Positions 27,802 through 38,169 of a DNA stretch of 64,000 bases are shown here, piece after piece. A model generated the notes under the pieces. That model was not told where the DNA came from. It saw only the letters and a program-made list of their open reading frames with translations, and did not search any database. The stretch covers positions 207,265 to 271,264 of the forward strand of contig LBYD01000001.1 of NCBI GenBank assembly GCA_000995965.1, written 5' to 3'. Position numbers and translations under genes: made by a program. Origin of the DNA: Candidatus Moranbacteria bacterium GW2011_GWC2_40_12 (GTDB lineage: Bacteria; Patescibacteriota; Minisyncoccia; Moranbacterales; UBA11712). Each line of letters begins with the position of its first letter. Positions within the stretch are counted from its first letter, which is position 1.

Positions 27802-29292
27802 TCAATAGTTTCTATATTTTCCTTTCTTGATATCCCTTATAAACTCCCTGAACCCCTCCTGCGCCTCTTGCTCGAACATCGCCCTCACCGCGAGCGGAGT
27901 GGTAGCCGGAGACTTCCAATTGTAGATCGGCTTCAAGTTTTTTCGCATAATATAAGCGGTTTTCACCAAAAAATTGGTGTCGCCCTGCACCGGACAGGCA
28001 TAAAGGTAATCCTCCGGATCTCCGCTTTGGTTGAAGCCGCCCTTCACCTCGAAAGAAATTGGCAGTCCGTGTTTTTTTATCGCCCGATAGGCTTCGACTG
28101 GATTAGGATAATGATTAAAATTCTTGTTGAGATGTTTTATATCCGCGTTTTTTATGTTTTTCAGATGATTCGTTTCAACCATAACAAGGCGCTTGAGCTT
28201 CCGGTCAAAAAAGCAGGCACCGCCTTTTTGGGGTTTCAAGGAATTTTGGGCAACAATTTCCATCACCATATTGTATCTTTTTTTTCCAAGATTGAGCGCG
28301 AGAGCAAGACTCGGAAGATCCACGGCGCACGTGAGATATCCCAAATCCTCGACGTTATAGGACAGCAAATCGTCATGTTCGGACAATATTTTTTCAAATT
28401 CTTCGCTTCGAAGATATGTTTTTTGGCCGATATTTTTCGGGTCAATTCGAAAAATAACGTTGTCGTGAGCTTTCTGCATGACCATTTGTCCGTGATTGTG
28501 AAGACGCTTATTTTTTTCCGTCGTCTGATCATAAAAAAGGCAACCTTGCTTGATATACATTCCATGAAAACTGCGCTGAACCATGAAAAATACTTTTCTG
28601 GGATTGAGCCCAAAAAAATTGAAATTCCGGAATTCGTCAAGGATCTCTTCGGCTGTCTGCTCATTGAGAATGATAAGCGCGCTTTGTTTTGCAAGAACTG
28701 CTTTGGGATTTTTTTTGTTTTCCTTGGCGATGCGGCAAACATCATACGCCATCTGGAGCATATGGCGGTTCCCGAGAGAAATAGTCAAGAGTTTTTTTGG
28801 ATCATCGCCGGATATATCAAGTATTTTCTTTCTGGTTATTTCTTTCTTTATTTTCTTTTTTTCTTTCGCCAGTTCTTTGCCTTTTACGCCATTTTTTTCA
28901 AGCTCTTGAAAGGCTTCTTCGCGAATATGAACAGCGATTTCCTCGAGAGAATATTTTCCAAGCTCCAGCAGATATTTCGTGCCCAGCCCCAGCCGAGTCG
29001 CTTCACCGGCCGCAGCGTGTTCCCAAAAAAACTTTCCCTCCAGAATGGATTTTTCAGCTTTTGATGTTCCGATTTTGTCGTCATCAAGGACAACAATCTG
29101 TTTCTCCCTGGCAGGATCAAGATAAGCGAAGTTTTCGTATGCATTCAACTCGAGCTGCGCTTTTTTTATATCCCGCATCGCGATTTTTTTCGCGTCCCTA
29201 AAATGGCGATGCAGCATCCACTCGATTCGCCTCAGGACGGAAATCCGGTATTCCTCAAAACAATCGATGTGAATTTTTGGTTTCGTGCCCAT
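27802..29292 (-). CDS. UDPGP-family nucleotide-sugar pyrophosphorylase-like protein
   Basis: GEATRLG motif resembling the GG(Q)GTRLG signature of UTP-sugar pyrophosphorylases. Located in the sugar-nucleotide cluster. Moderate confidence. Confidence 0.4.
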   Translation of the reverse strand: MGTKPKIHIDCFEEYRISVLRRIEWMLHRHFRDAKKIAMRDIKKAQLELNAYENFAYLDPAREKQIVVLDDDKIGTSKAEKSILEGKFFWEHAAAGEATRLGLGTKYLLELGKYSLEEIAVHIREEAFQELEKNGVKGKELAKEKKKIKKEITRKKILDISGDDPKKLLTISLGNRHMLQMAYDVCRIAKENKKNPKAVLAKQSALIILNEQTAEEILDEFRNFNFFGLNPRKVFFMVQRSFHGMYIKQGCLFYDQTTEKNKRLHNHGQMVMQKAHDNVIFRIDPKNIGQKTYLRSEEFEKILSEHDDLLSYNVEDLGYLTCAVDLPSLALALNLGKKRYNMVMEIVAQNSLKPQKGGACFFDRKLKRLVMVETNHLKNIKNADIKHLNKNFNHYPNPVEAYRAIKKHGLPISFEVKGGFNQSGDPEDYLYACPVQGDTNFLVKTAYIMRKNLKPIYNWKSPATTPLAVRAMFEQEAQEGFREFIRDIKKGKYRNY

Positions 29293-29332
29293 ATTTTCAT
29301 AATACCCTAGAGCTGAGCTCTAGGGTGAAATA

Positions 29333-30145
29333 TTATTGGAGCTGTTTCTTTGCCAGTGCTTTTTGCTCTTCATTGAATTCCAAAATCGCTTCCTGAACCT
29401 GCGGATCGAAATTTTTGGAAATATTTTTTTCTTTCACGATTTGACTGGCTTCGAGAAGTGTATCAAACGTTCCCGCATCAAGCCAATCGCCTTTCACCTG
29501 GCTCACTTGAAGCTCGCCTTTTTCCAGATAAAAATTCATCAGATCAGTGATTTCAATTTCCCCGCGATCAGAGGGTCTTGACTCCTTAGCGGCAGAAATG
29601 ACTCGATTGTCAAAAACGTAAAGGCCGGGAATGGCAAAATCACTGATCCAATCCTTCGGCTTTTCAACAATTTGGACAGCTTTTCCCGATTCGTCAAATT
29701 TCACTACCCCGTATCTTTCCGGATCGGGAACTTTTTTGGCAAAAACATATCCTCCAGACTTGAAATTTTTTATGACATCTGAGAAATCGTCTTCAAAAAT
29801 ATTGTCCCCGAGAATCATCGTCACGTTGTCACTGTCAATGAAGTTTTCCCCCAAAATGAATGCTTCGGCAAGCCCTCTTGGCGCGCTTTGCACTTTGAAT
29901 TCAAGACGGACTTCGTGGCGGTCAAAAATAGGCCCCAAAAGATTCAAAAACTGGCCGGCATCCCGAGGCGCGATGATAATGAGAATTTCCTTGATACCGG
30001 CTTTAACAAGCGTATTCAGCGGATAAAAAATCATCTGCTTGTCATATACCGGAAGCAGCTGCTTTGAAGTGGTGTGCGTCAATGGAAACAGCCTTGTGGC
30101 CGTCCCTCCGGCGAGGATAATTCCTTTCATCTTCGCTTTTCGCAT
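29333..30145 (-). CDS. rfbA: glucose-1-phosphate thymidylyltransferase
   Basis: MKGIILAGGTATRLFPLT motif and conserved core. Confidence 0.85.
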   Translation of the reverse strand: MRKAKMKGIILAGGTATRLFPLTHTTSKQLLPVYDKQMIFYPLNTLVKAGIKEILIIIAPRDAGQFLNLLGPIFDRHEVRLEFKVQSAPRGLAEAFILGENFIDSDNVTMILGDNIFEDDFSDVIKNFKSGGYVFAKKVPDPERYGVVKFDESGKAVQIVEKPKDWISDFAIPGLYVFDNRVISAAKESRPSDRGEIEITDLMNFYLEKGELQVSQVKGDWLDAGTFDTLLEASQIVKEKNISKNFDPQVQEAILEFNEEQKALAKKQLQ

Positions 30146-30149
30146 ATAT

Positions 30150-31019
30150 TTAGAAATTATAATTATTATCCAGATACTCCTTGAGAGCTTTGGTATAATG
30201 CCGGAGCGGCTTCAGCTTCGTGTTTACTAGCACGGATGATTTCGGCCTCTTTGCGGGTCGGGGAAATTCGGAAGAAGCCACTGGAAAAACTTCCACATCC
30301 ATTTTAGCGATTTTGAAAAGTTCCACGGCCGCTTCAAACCAAGTACACGGGCCCTCGTTCACGACATGATATATTCCGAAAGGAATTTTTTCTTCGATAA
30401 TTTTCTTCGTTTCGAGAGCAAGGTCGGGAGTGTATGTGAAACAGCTTTTTTCCTCGTCCACCACTTTGAGAATTTGGTTGTCTTTCGCGAGAAGGATCAT
30501 AGTGTCAAAAAAACTTTTTTTGGACATGGCGGATTTTCCCGGCTGTCCGAAAAGTTTTGATGTCCGGATAAGCCAGAACTTTTCCGCGTGCTTTTGGATT
30601 TCTTCTTCGCCAAGAAATTTCGAACGGCCGTAATTCGAGATCGGGGCAGGTTTTGTGTTTTCGTCGTATTCTTCTTTTTCGCCGTCAAAGACATAATCAG
30701 TTGAATAGTGGACAATGGGAATTCCTTTTTCTTTTCCGATTTTGGCGAGGATTCCAGGCCCATATCCGTTGATTTTTTTTGCCAGTTCGTATTCGATTTC
30801 ATCCGACTCGCACTTGTCAACCGCGTTGTACCCGGTCGCGTTCACCACCGCTTGCGGATCAACTTCTTCGATCTTTTTTCGCAAACTTTCTTCAGAGCCG
30901 ATATCAATCTGATCCCGGTCAAAGGCAAAAACGTGCCAATCCTGGTCGGCTTCAAAAACCTTGACCAGATCCTGGCCGAGCATTCCGTGAGATCCAATGA
31001 TGAGGATGCGTTTAGCCAT
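30150..31019 (-). CDS. rfbD: dTDP-4-dehydrorhamnose reductase
   Basis: Rossmann motif ILIIGSHGMLG with conserved YxxxK. Overlaps rfbB by 8 nt. Confidence 0.85.
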   Translation of the reverse strand: MAKRILIIGSHGMLGQDLVKVFEADQDWHVFAFDRDQIDIGSEESLRKKIEEVDPQAVVNATGYNAVDKCESDEIEYELAKKINGYGPGILAKIGKEKGIPIVHYSTDYVFDGEKEEYDENTKPAPISNYGRSKFLGEEEIQKHAEKFWLIRTSKLFGQPGKSAMSKKSFFDTMILLAKDNQILKVVDEEKSCFTYTPDLALETKKIIEEKIPFGIYHVVNEGPCTWFEAAVELFKIAKMDVEVFPVASSEFPRPAKRPKSSVLVNTKLKPLRHYTKALKEYLDNNYNF

Positions 31020-32043
31020 ATTGTTTTTCGTAATATTTCAAATATTCGCCGCTCTTTATCTCCTTCCACCAGTTCTGGTTATTTTGGTACCACTCAACCG
31101 TTTTTTTCATCCCTTCGTCGAAATTTGTTTTCGGTTCCCAGCCGAGTTCCGATTTTATTTTCGAAAAATCGATGGCGTATCTTCGGTCATGGCCGGGCCG
31201 GTCCTTCACGTATTCTATCATCTCTTCGCCTTTTCCGAGAAGTTCCAGAATTTTTTTGGTGATTTCGATGTTCGGTTTTTCGGTGTTTCCCCCGACGCAA
31301 TAAGTCTGCCCGATTTTTCCCTTGTGAATTATGGCGTCAATCGCCTCGCAGTGGTCTTCGACAAAAAGCCAATCCCGCACTTGCATCCCGTCTCCATAGA
31401 CAGGGACTTTTTTTTCTTCGATCAGATTCGTGATGAACAGCCCGTGCAGTTTTTCGGGAAACTGGAACGGACCGTAGTTGTTGGAGCAGTTGGAAATGGT
31501 CACCGGAAGATCGTGGGTATGAAAATAGGCCATCACCAGATGGTCGGCTGCCGCTTTCGAAGCGGAATACGGGCTTCTCGGCGCGAATGGAGTCTTTTCG
31601 TTGAACGCCGGATCTTGCGGGCCCAAATGGCCGAAAACTTCATCGGTCGAGACGTGGTGGAATCTTTTCCCGCCTTTATTTTTTGCCGCTTCGAGAAGAT
31701 TATGCGTTCCGACGATATTGGTGTGGATGAACGCCGCGCTGTCGAGAATGGAACGGTCCACATGTGATTCGGCCGCAAAGTTGACAATAATATCTGTATC
31801 TTTAACAAGATCACTCACTAAATCTTTGTCGGCGATATCCCCTTTCACGAAGCGGTAGTTCGGATTTTCTTGAACGTCTTTCAGATTTTCCAGATTTCCG
31901 GCGTAAGTCAAAAGGTCAAGGTTTACGACTTGATAGTCGGGCATGTCCGCTGAAGCCTTGGCGGAGGAGGAATATTTTTTGAGGATATAGCGGATGAAAT
32001 TGCTTCCAATGAACCCCGCTCCTCCAGTGACTAATAGTTTCAT
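31012..32043 (-). CDS. rfbB: dTDP-glucose 4,6-dehydratase
   Basis: MKLLVTGGAGFIGSNF and YSASKAA catalytic motif. Confidence 0.9.
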   Translation of the reverse strand: MKLLVTGGAGFIGSNFIRYILKKYSSSAKASADMPDYQVVNLDLLTYAGNLENLKDVQENPNYRFVKGDIADKDLVSDLVKDTDIIVNFAAESHVDRSILDSAAFIHTNIVGTHNLLEAAKNKGGKRFHHVSTDEVFGHLGPQDPAFNEKTPFAPRSPYSASKAAADHLVMAYFHTHDLPVTISNCSNNYGPFQFPEKLHGLFITNLIEEKKVPVYGDGMQVRDWLFVEDHCEAIDAIIHKGKIGQTYCVGGNTEKPNIEITKKILELLGKGEEMIEYVKDRPGHDRRYAIDFSKIKSELGWEPKTNFDEGMKKTVEWYQNNQNWWKEIKSGEYLKYYEKQYG

Positions 32044-32053
32044 AGAAAATATT

Positions 32054-32071
32054 ACTACAACTAGTTGTAGT
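32054..32071. promoter_or_regulatory. 18-bp perfect palindrome actacaactagttgtagt between rfbC and rfbB
   Basis: Read directly. Lies in the 31-nt spacer inside the rfb operon. Confidence 0.3.
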
Positions 32072-32074
32072 GGA

Positions 32075-32620
32075 CTAAAAAGGAGAATTAAAATCCTTGA
32101 AATATTGGAGCTTGCTGTCTTTTTCGGAGAGTGTCGGTTCTTTAATTGGCCAATTGATATTCAATGTTGGGTCGTTCCAGATGATCCCGGAATCGGATTC
32201 GGGCGCGTAGAATCCATCCACTTTATACATAAATTCCGTGTTGTCTTCCAGCGTGCAATAAGCGTGGGCAAATCCGCGAGGGATGAAAAGCATCTGGAAA
32301 TTTTCCCCGGAGAGCTCAAAACCTTCCCATTTTCCAAAAGTCGGCGAATGTTTGCGAAGATCCACAATCACATCATATACTTTCCCCCGCGTGACCCGCA
32401 CCAGCTTTGCCTGCGCGTTCGGAGGCTTTTGAAAATGAAGCCCGCGCAGGACTCCCTTTTTCACTGAAAGCGAATGGTTGTCCTGCACAAATTTCGCGTC
32501 AATCCCGTTTTCAGCGAAAACTTTTTCATTCCAGGATTCGACAAAAAAACCTCTCTCGTCCCGAAAAACTTTGGGCTTGATAAGATATGCGCCTGGAAGT
32601 GTTGTTTCTATAAATTCCAT
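32075..32620 (-). CDS. rfbC: dTDP-4-dehydrorhamnose 3,5-epimerase
   Basis: RGFFVESW ... LRGLHFQ ... conserved cupin core. Confidence 0.9.
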   Translation of the reverse strand: MEFIETTLPGAYLIKPKVFRDERGFFVESWNEKVFAENGIDAKFVQDNHSLSVKKGVLRGLHFQKPPNAQAKLVRVTRGKVYDVIVDLRKHSPTFGKWEGFELSGENFQMLFIPRGFAHAYCTLEDNTEFMYKVDGFYAPESDSGIIWNDPTLNINWPIKEPTLSEKDSKLQYFKDFNSPF

Positions 32621-32725
32621 GATAATATCTTACTCCAAACCGCCAAAAAAATCAAAATCAGGCGAAGAAAAAAGGGCCCGGCCATCCCGCGCCCTTTGAC
32701 CATTCGAGATGAGACCTCGAATGAG

Positions 32726-32968
32726 TTATTCCAAGTCCTGGCCTACTTTCGCCATTCCCTGATAGCAGGAAATCACGTGATTGACGCTGCTGGCGGCGCT
32801 TTCCAGATTCGAAGAGCACTGCTCAAGCGCAAAGCGCAATTTGGGATTCTTGTAGGCGTGCTCTTCCATATAGGCCCTGACCGCCTTCAGGTCGGCAAGA
32901 ATCTCCGCCAGCGACTTTCTCACCGGCGCCCACTTGAAATTTTCCTCTTTCGGAATTTGAAAAAGCAT
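32726..32968 (-). CDS. small hypothetical protein (80 aa)
   Basis: ORF with balanced composition, sitting between rfbC and the Wzz-like gene. No recognisable domain. Confidence 0.3.
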   Translation of the reverse strand: MLFQIPKEENFKWAPVRKSLAEILADLKAVRAYMEEHAYKNPKLRFALEQCSSNLESAASSVNHVISCYQGMAKVGQDLE

Positions 32969-33032
32969 AATCGCCCATCCTCCTTTTTTTTGAAAAAATA
33001 TTTTGAAAATCGCAAAACGACACGAAAACTTT

Positions 33033-33881
33033 CTATAACTCCCCTCTCATCAACTTGTTCAGCCGGTCTTTCACTTCCTCGTCGCTCGGCTCCCCTGTTT
33101 CATCGGCAGGTGATTTGTCCTTCTCCCAGGTGTCCTCCGCTATTGGCAAGTTCGACGGAGCGATGTTTTGCATGTCGCGCGGCGTGATGATTGCAGTCGG
33201 CTCTTCCTTTCTTTCGGGCGCAGAAAAAATTTCCTTGGCCGGAATCTTTTCTGTTTTCCGTTCCATATCCATATTCGGAGAAACCATCGGCCGCAAATCC
33301 GGCATGATAAACTTTTCTTCCTGAAATATTTCTTCCGTTTCCATCGGTTTCTTCCGGGTTGAATCGAAAAAATTCCAAAAAAGAAGATATATGATGATCC
33401 CGGCAAGAAAACCCCAAAGGGAGTTTTTCGTCAGGTCGGGCCGGACGTTTTTCGCCGATACTTCCGGATCGCTAAGCAGTTCATATTTGAAAGGCGTTCC
33501 GCCATACAGATCCCGCGAATATTCCGAAATTTCATTCGGGATCAGAACAGCTATATCCTCAATGGCCGTCACGTCATCTTTGGCCGCCAAGAAATCGACT
33601 GCAATAGTTGAGGAGTTTTCGATTTGCCTTATATCCAAAAGATTATTTCTGAAATTTTGCAAATTTTCTTCCTGAAAGCGGGCGCTGCGAAGTATTTCCG
33701 CCGTGTTTCCCACTTCTTGAGCAAGGTTTTTCTGAACAGTCGGAAGCCCCGCCGGAAAAACCACAATCCTGGCAGAAACCAGCCATTGCGGAGTCATAAG
33801 AAAAGACAACGCGAAAAATAATGCCGCCCCCAAAGCGCCTGTGAAAAAAATATTGTTGATGAATTTCTTTACTGGATGCAT
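33033..33881 (-). CDS. Wzz/polysaccharide co-polymerase-like protein
   Basis: N-terminal TM, a periplasmic region, and a second TM (LWGFLAGIIIYLLFW) followed by a cytoplasmic tail. Topology typical of chain-length determinants. Confidence 0.45.
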   Translation of the reverse strand: MHPVKKFINNIFFTGALGAALFFALSFLMTPQWLVSARIVVFPAGLPTVQKNLAQEVGNTAEILRSARFQEENLQNFRNNLLDIRQIENSSTIAVDFLAAKDDVTAIEDIAVLIPNEISEYSRDLYGGTPFKYELLSDPEVSAKNVRPDLTKNSLWGFLAGIIIYLLFWNFFDSTRKKPMETEEIFQEEKFIMPDLRPMVSPNMDMERKTEKIPAKEIFSAPERKEEPTAIITPRDMQNIAPSNLPIAEDTWEKDKSPADETGEPSDEEVKDRLNKLMRGEL

Positions 33882-34034
33882 TTATTTCTCTTATCGGTTA
33901 ATGATGCCTGCCTGATTACTCGGCAATGCTTTCCAATCTTGTTATGGACAAAAAAGCAATCATTGCATAATAGGCGGCCAATCTTTTTTTGTCAAGCAAT
34001 GCGCTGCAAATAATTGTTTTTCAGGATCGGATGA

Positions 34035-35603
34035 TTATTTTTCAATATTCTCCACCCTTACGTCTTTTACCGCCAAGTAGCTGTTGTTTTCCTTCTCGTC
34101 CCAGGTTTTGAAGCCGATACCCCCGTGATTCAACTCCTGGTCTATCTTTCCAGTGAGGACCGCTTTTCCTTCAATCAAGCAGGCGGCTTCGTCGCCGGAC
34201 ACGCTGATTCCGATGTCAACTTCTCTTCCATTGGCTAAACTTTCGTTCGTATCGGACTTTCTGATTTCGCTTTCCTGTCCGTTCAATTTCTGAACAAGAA
34301 TCGCTTCATCTTCCAAAAAATCGCAGGAGACATATTTATTTCCATCCTGGTATCGGGCAACAATGGCAAAGTGTCGGCCTCGAAGTACGCTGACTTTCGC
34401 CTTAAATTCATAATCCTGCCATTGAAATGTTCCGTCCAAAAAAACCAAACTGCCATTTTCCGAAGGGGAGGAAAGCGTGACTAAGCGCCCGTCCTTGAGC
34501 AAAAGATCCCCCCAGGCTTTTTTCCAACCCTGATTTTTGAAAAAATTATCATAATAGGGAATTGATTTTCCCATCGTGCCGGATAAGAGTGAAACCAGCT
34601 GACTGGGCGAAACAGCGGAATTGATGTCGGCCCTTTTCAGCAAGGTGAAATCCCTTCCCGGAAAATTGCCGATGAATTCGCTCTCACCGGCCTGGCGGAA
34701 GGAAAAAGCAAAATTTTTTCGCGCAATATCAGCGAGTATTTTCCGGCTCTCGGGAAAATTTTTCGAATTGTGGCCATAGTCGCCGAACGGATAGGCAAAA
34801 CCCGACACCTCTATATCCAGCTCTTTTTCCAAATCATTTCTTGATTCCTCCAGGTCCTTGCTGACCCTCGCTTTGTATTCTTCCGCGTTCTCCAGCCTAT
34901 TTTCAGAGTCAAGCCAAATCCTATCGCTCAAGAAATGCCCCTTGGCTCCTTCGGCGGAAATTTTTTGCAAGTCATGCCCGTATTTCGTGTGCGATCCTAT
35001 TTCCCAGCGGCCGGTCGCCATCATCTTTTCAAGCTCCTTTTTTGTCAGATGAAAATTTTCCGTTCCTTCATCGGCTTCAAGCGATCTCCCCGCTATGACA
35101 AACATCACCGCGTTATAATCCAAAACATTCAAAATGGGATCGACCGGATAATAGCTGTCTTTGCGCGCGTCGTCAAAAGTGAGCAGGAATGATTTCTTCG
35201 GCAATTTTTTTTCACCGCGCATAAACGCGGAAAGATCGTCCAGCGTAACTGTTTGAAATCCCGCTTTTTTGACTGCGAACATCTGATCCCGGAAATCCGT
35301 CATTTTCACGTTTACCTCATCCGGCTTCCATTCCGAATCATCAATCACGCCGTGGTATAGCAAAATTGGAACAGATACGGCGCTTTCCCTGGATATTCTG
35401 GTCATTGTCTGGCCTTCATTGGAAATTTTTTCGGAAGAAAGCGCCAAATTGCCCTGCAAATTATAAATTTGCATCAAAAGATAATTCTGGCGGAAATAAT
35501 AATTGTTTTTCAGCACAAAAATTCCGATTACCATCAAGAAAACGACAAGTCCAACGACTGACAAAAATAGAATTTTAATTTTTCTCAAGCGAAAATTCAG
35601 CAT
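34035..35603 (-). CDS. polysaccharide deacetylase (NodB domain) with C-terminal beta-sandwich domain
   Basis: N-terminal TM, then PILLYHGV ... LLTFDDA NodB motifs. Confidence 0.7.
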   Translation of the reverse strand: MLNFRLRKIKILFLSVVGLVVFLMVIGIFVLKNNYYFRQNYLLMQIYNLQGNLALSSEKISNEGQTMTRISRESAVSVPILLYHGVIDDSEWKPDEVNVKMTDFRDQMFAVKKAGFQTVTLDDLSAFMRGEKKLPKKSFLLTFDDARKDSYYPVDPILNVLDYNAVMFVIAGRSLEADEGTENFHLTKKELEKMMATGRWEIGSHTKYGHDLQKISAEGAKGHFLSDRIWLDSENRLENAEEYKARVSKDLEESRNDLEKELDIEVSGFAYPFGDYGHNSKNFPESRKILADIARKNFAFSFRQAGESEFIGNFPGRDFTLLKRADINSAVSPSQLVSLLSGTMGKSIPYYDNFFKNQGWKKAWGDLLLKDGRLVTLSSPSENGSLVFLDGTFQWQDYEFKAKVSVLRGRHFAIVARYQDGNKYVSCDFLEDEAILVQKLNGQESEIRKSDTNESLANGREVDIGISVSGDEAACLIEGKAVLTGKIDQELNHGGIGFKTWDEKENNSYLAVKDVRVENIEK

Positions 35604-35618
35604 ATCGGTGGTTCAATG

Positions 35619-36989
35619 CTACCGGGTTCCCCAGCCGCGGTCTTGAATTCTTATCGCCGCGTAAATAAGAAGGGGCGCCAGCACAAAAAAATTGAGCAGC
35701 GACCAAAGAAAAAGATATGGCCAATAAGTTTTCCTTTTTTCCAAAATAAGGCAATATAGGGCGAAGAGGGAGGTCACCAGCAGAACGCCCAGAATATAAA
35801 AATATGGCATTTCTGACTGAAAAACAGGCAGATAGATGAGGGCCCGCAAAGCCATAAAGGGGGTGACGAGAGATATAATTATCAAAGGGAGAAAATAAAA
35901 GAGGGCCACAAAAGGCTGTTTTTTGAATATAAACCGGCTTGTGATGATCGCGTTCACTATCCAGGATTTTTTCCAGCGCAGCTGCTGTTTCATCAGTTGC
36001 TTCACCTTCTCCGGAACAATCGTGTAGGCCTGAACCTCATCCGTATAGATGGTTTTCGAACCGCTTTTCAGGATCCAGCTTGTCAGCGACCGGTCATCGC
36101 CCCAAGTGGCCGGCAAACCCAGAAATTTTTCGTTGGTCCATCTGTCAAGGATGGGAAGCACCAAATCCTTCCGATATGCCGAGGAACAGCCGCTGCAGCA
36201 AAAAACGGAGAGAAAGGTGGACTCGGCCGCTTTCAGAATCCGAAAAGACATGAAGTAGTAGGCCGCCTGCATTTTCGTAAGAATATTTTTTTCGGAGTTC
36301 TGCGGATCGGCGTGAGCGCAAACCGCTCCTATCTCCGGCTCCGCGAAAGGAACCAGAAGGTGATAAAATGACCCGGGATCGATGAAACTGTCGCTGTCGA
36401 GCTGAACGACAATTTCTCCTTTCGCCTGACGGAAACCCTCAGCCATTGCGTGCCGCTTTCCGCGATTGATTTTCCAGTCAATTATTTTCATGCTCGGAAT
36501 GCTTGCCTCAAGGCCCCGCAGCACGTCTATGGTCTTGTCTGTGCTGCCGTCGTTTATGACAATGATTTCCGTTTTTTCGCGGGGATAATCAGCCTCGAAG
36601 CATTTTCGAACGGTATTGGCGATATCCTTTTCCTCATTCTTGCAAGGAATGACAAAGGTGACAAAGGGCTGATAAATGCCTTTCAGGACGGCGTCGATAT
36701 TTTCCCGGCTTGCAACGCGGGAAAACGAAGCTTCATAAAATATCGCTCCGACGAGCCGCGACAGGGCGAAAGAACTGACAAAAATTGTATAGATGAAGAG
36801 CGTTGGCTCGATACGAAAATCTGGAGAGGTTTTGGATTTTACCAGTGTCAGGAGAAAGAGAAAAACAATTCCAGCGGCAACAATGAGTATCTGGCCAAAT
36901 TTTTCCCTGAATTTCAGAATGCCAAAAGCAAACCATTGGGAGGTCTTTCCGAAGTTGTTCAGAGCCGTGCCTCTAAGAATTCTGTTCAT
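35619..36989 (-). CDS. processive family-2 glycosyltransferase (PgaC/IcaA/cellulose-synthase-like)
   Basis: Multi-TM, D,D,D motifs (IVINDGSTD ... DSD) and QxxRW (QQLRWKKSW). Confidence 0.75.
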   Translation of the reverse strand: MNRILRGTALNNFGKTSQWFAFGILKFREKFGQILIVAAGIVFLFLLTLVKSKTSPDFRIEPTLFIYTIFVSSFALSRLVGAIFYEASFSRVASRENIDAVLKGIYQPFVTFVIPCKNEEKDIANTVRKCFEADYPREKTEIIVINDGSTDKTIDVLRGLEASIPSMKIIDWKINRGKRHAMAEGFRQAKGEIVVQLDSDSFIDPGSFYHLLVPFAEPEIGAVCAHADPQNSEKNILTKMQAAYYFMSFRILKAAESTFLSVFCCSGCSSAYRKDLVLPILDRWTNEKFLGLPATWGDDRSLTSWILKSGSKTIYTDEVQAYTIVPEKVKQLMKQQLRWKKSWIVNAIITSRFIFKKQPFVALFYFLPLIIISLVTPFMALRALIYLPVFQSEMPYFYILGVLLVTSLFALYCLILEKRKTYWPYLFLWSLLNFFVLAPLLIYAAIRIQDRGWGTR

Positions 36990-37027
36990 TGCGATTGTTT
37001 AATTTTTGGATTTAGCTCAAGCAGAAA

Positions 37028-37870
37028 TTATCTCGCGCTGTTCATGGCCGACACCCCTTCACCTACCGTAACAACCTCGAGATCCCCTTTCCGCACATAT
37101 TCGTCCACGTACTCCAAAATTTCATTGAGTTGCGCCGAGTTGAACTGCCCTTTCTTCGGCTTGCCGTTCACGACCCGGTGCGTGAGGAACACCAGCCATT
37201 TGTTTTCTTCCGCCGCGCGATCAATGTGGCTCTTGACATCCTCCAGCTTGATCGGCCTTTTGAGGTTTATTGCTTCAATGCCAAAAGTATCGAAATCTTC
37301 CCTGCTGTTCAGATGATCTTTTTTCGGCCAGGCCCATCTGACGGATGTGAAGCCGAATTCTTTCACGACAGCCAATAATTTTTTGTTCATTTTCCCGTAG
37401 GGAGGCGCGAAAGACTTGATCTTTTCCGTGTTTATTCCATTTTTGGCAAAAGCCGCCATCGAACGCCTGAAATCCTTTCGAATCTTCTTCTTGCTGAATT
37501 TCTTCAGGGTCAGATAGTCATGATTCGCCGTGTGATTTCCAATTTCCCACCCTTCGCGTTCAAGTGTCCGCAACTCCGACCAAGTCAGATGATTTCTGAT
37601 GTTCATCCAGTCGGTCGTGATATAGAGCGTCGCCCGATATCGAAAGCGGTCTATAATCGGATAAACAATGTCATATGTTGTGTCCTCTCCGTCGTCAATG
37701 GTGAAGCTGACCATTCCTTTCTGGGAGGCGACAGCCCTTTCCGGGTTTCCGAAAAAAACCGATCCCAAAATCAGCATGATTCCTACAAATAATACGTTTC
37801 TTGTCGCGTTCATTATTCTTAAATTAATTTTTAGAATATATACGAAACTTATAATTTGACTTCTTCCCAA
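37028..37870 (-). CDS. secreted polysaccharide deacetylase (NodB domain)
   Basis: Signal peptide (probable start at MNATRNVLF), then FTIDDG ... HTANH NodB motifs. Confidence 0.7.
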   Translation of the reverse strand: MGRSQIISFVYILKINLRIMNATRNVLFVGIMLILGSVFFGNPERAVASQKGMVSFTIDDGEDTTYDIVYPIIDRFRYRATLYITTDWMNIRNHLTWSELRTLEREGWEIGNHTANHDYLTLKKFSKKKIRKDFRRSMAAFAKNGINTEKIKSFAPPYGKMNKKLLAVVKEFGFTSVRWAWPKKDHLNSREDFDTFGIEAINLKRPIKLEDVKSHIDRAAEENKWLVFLTHRVVNGKPKKGQFNSAQLNEILEYVDEYVRKGDLEVVTVGEGVSAMNSAR

Positions 37871-38169
37871 ACTTCATCCGCTTTTTCAGCTTACTGATGA
37901 AATAAACGAACATAACAGCATAGCAAAACTTGAGTTTTTTGTCAAGACAAATGCTTTTTTTGCATAATCAGGCCCTTTTTTGTTTTATTGCTTTATATAA
38001 AGCAAATATATTCAAAGCCACGATTCCTCATTTTGCGGGACTATTTTTCTGATATTTCGTATTTCGAAAAAGTTTGGCAAAAAAAAGAGACCCCTGAGTC
38101 TCTTATCTATCCCCTTCCTCCTTTTTGGATAGAATTTATTTAGACTGGGGTCTCAAGGGCCGCAGGTGG

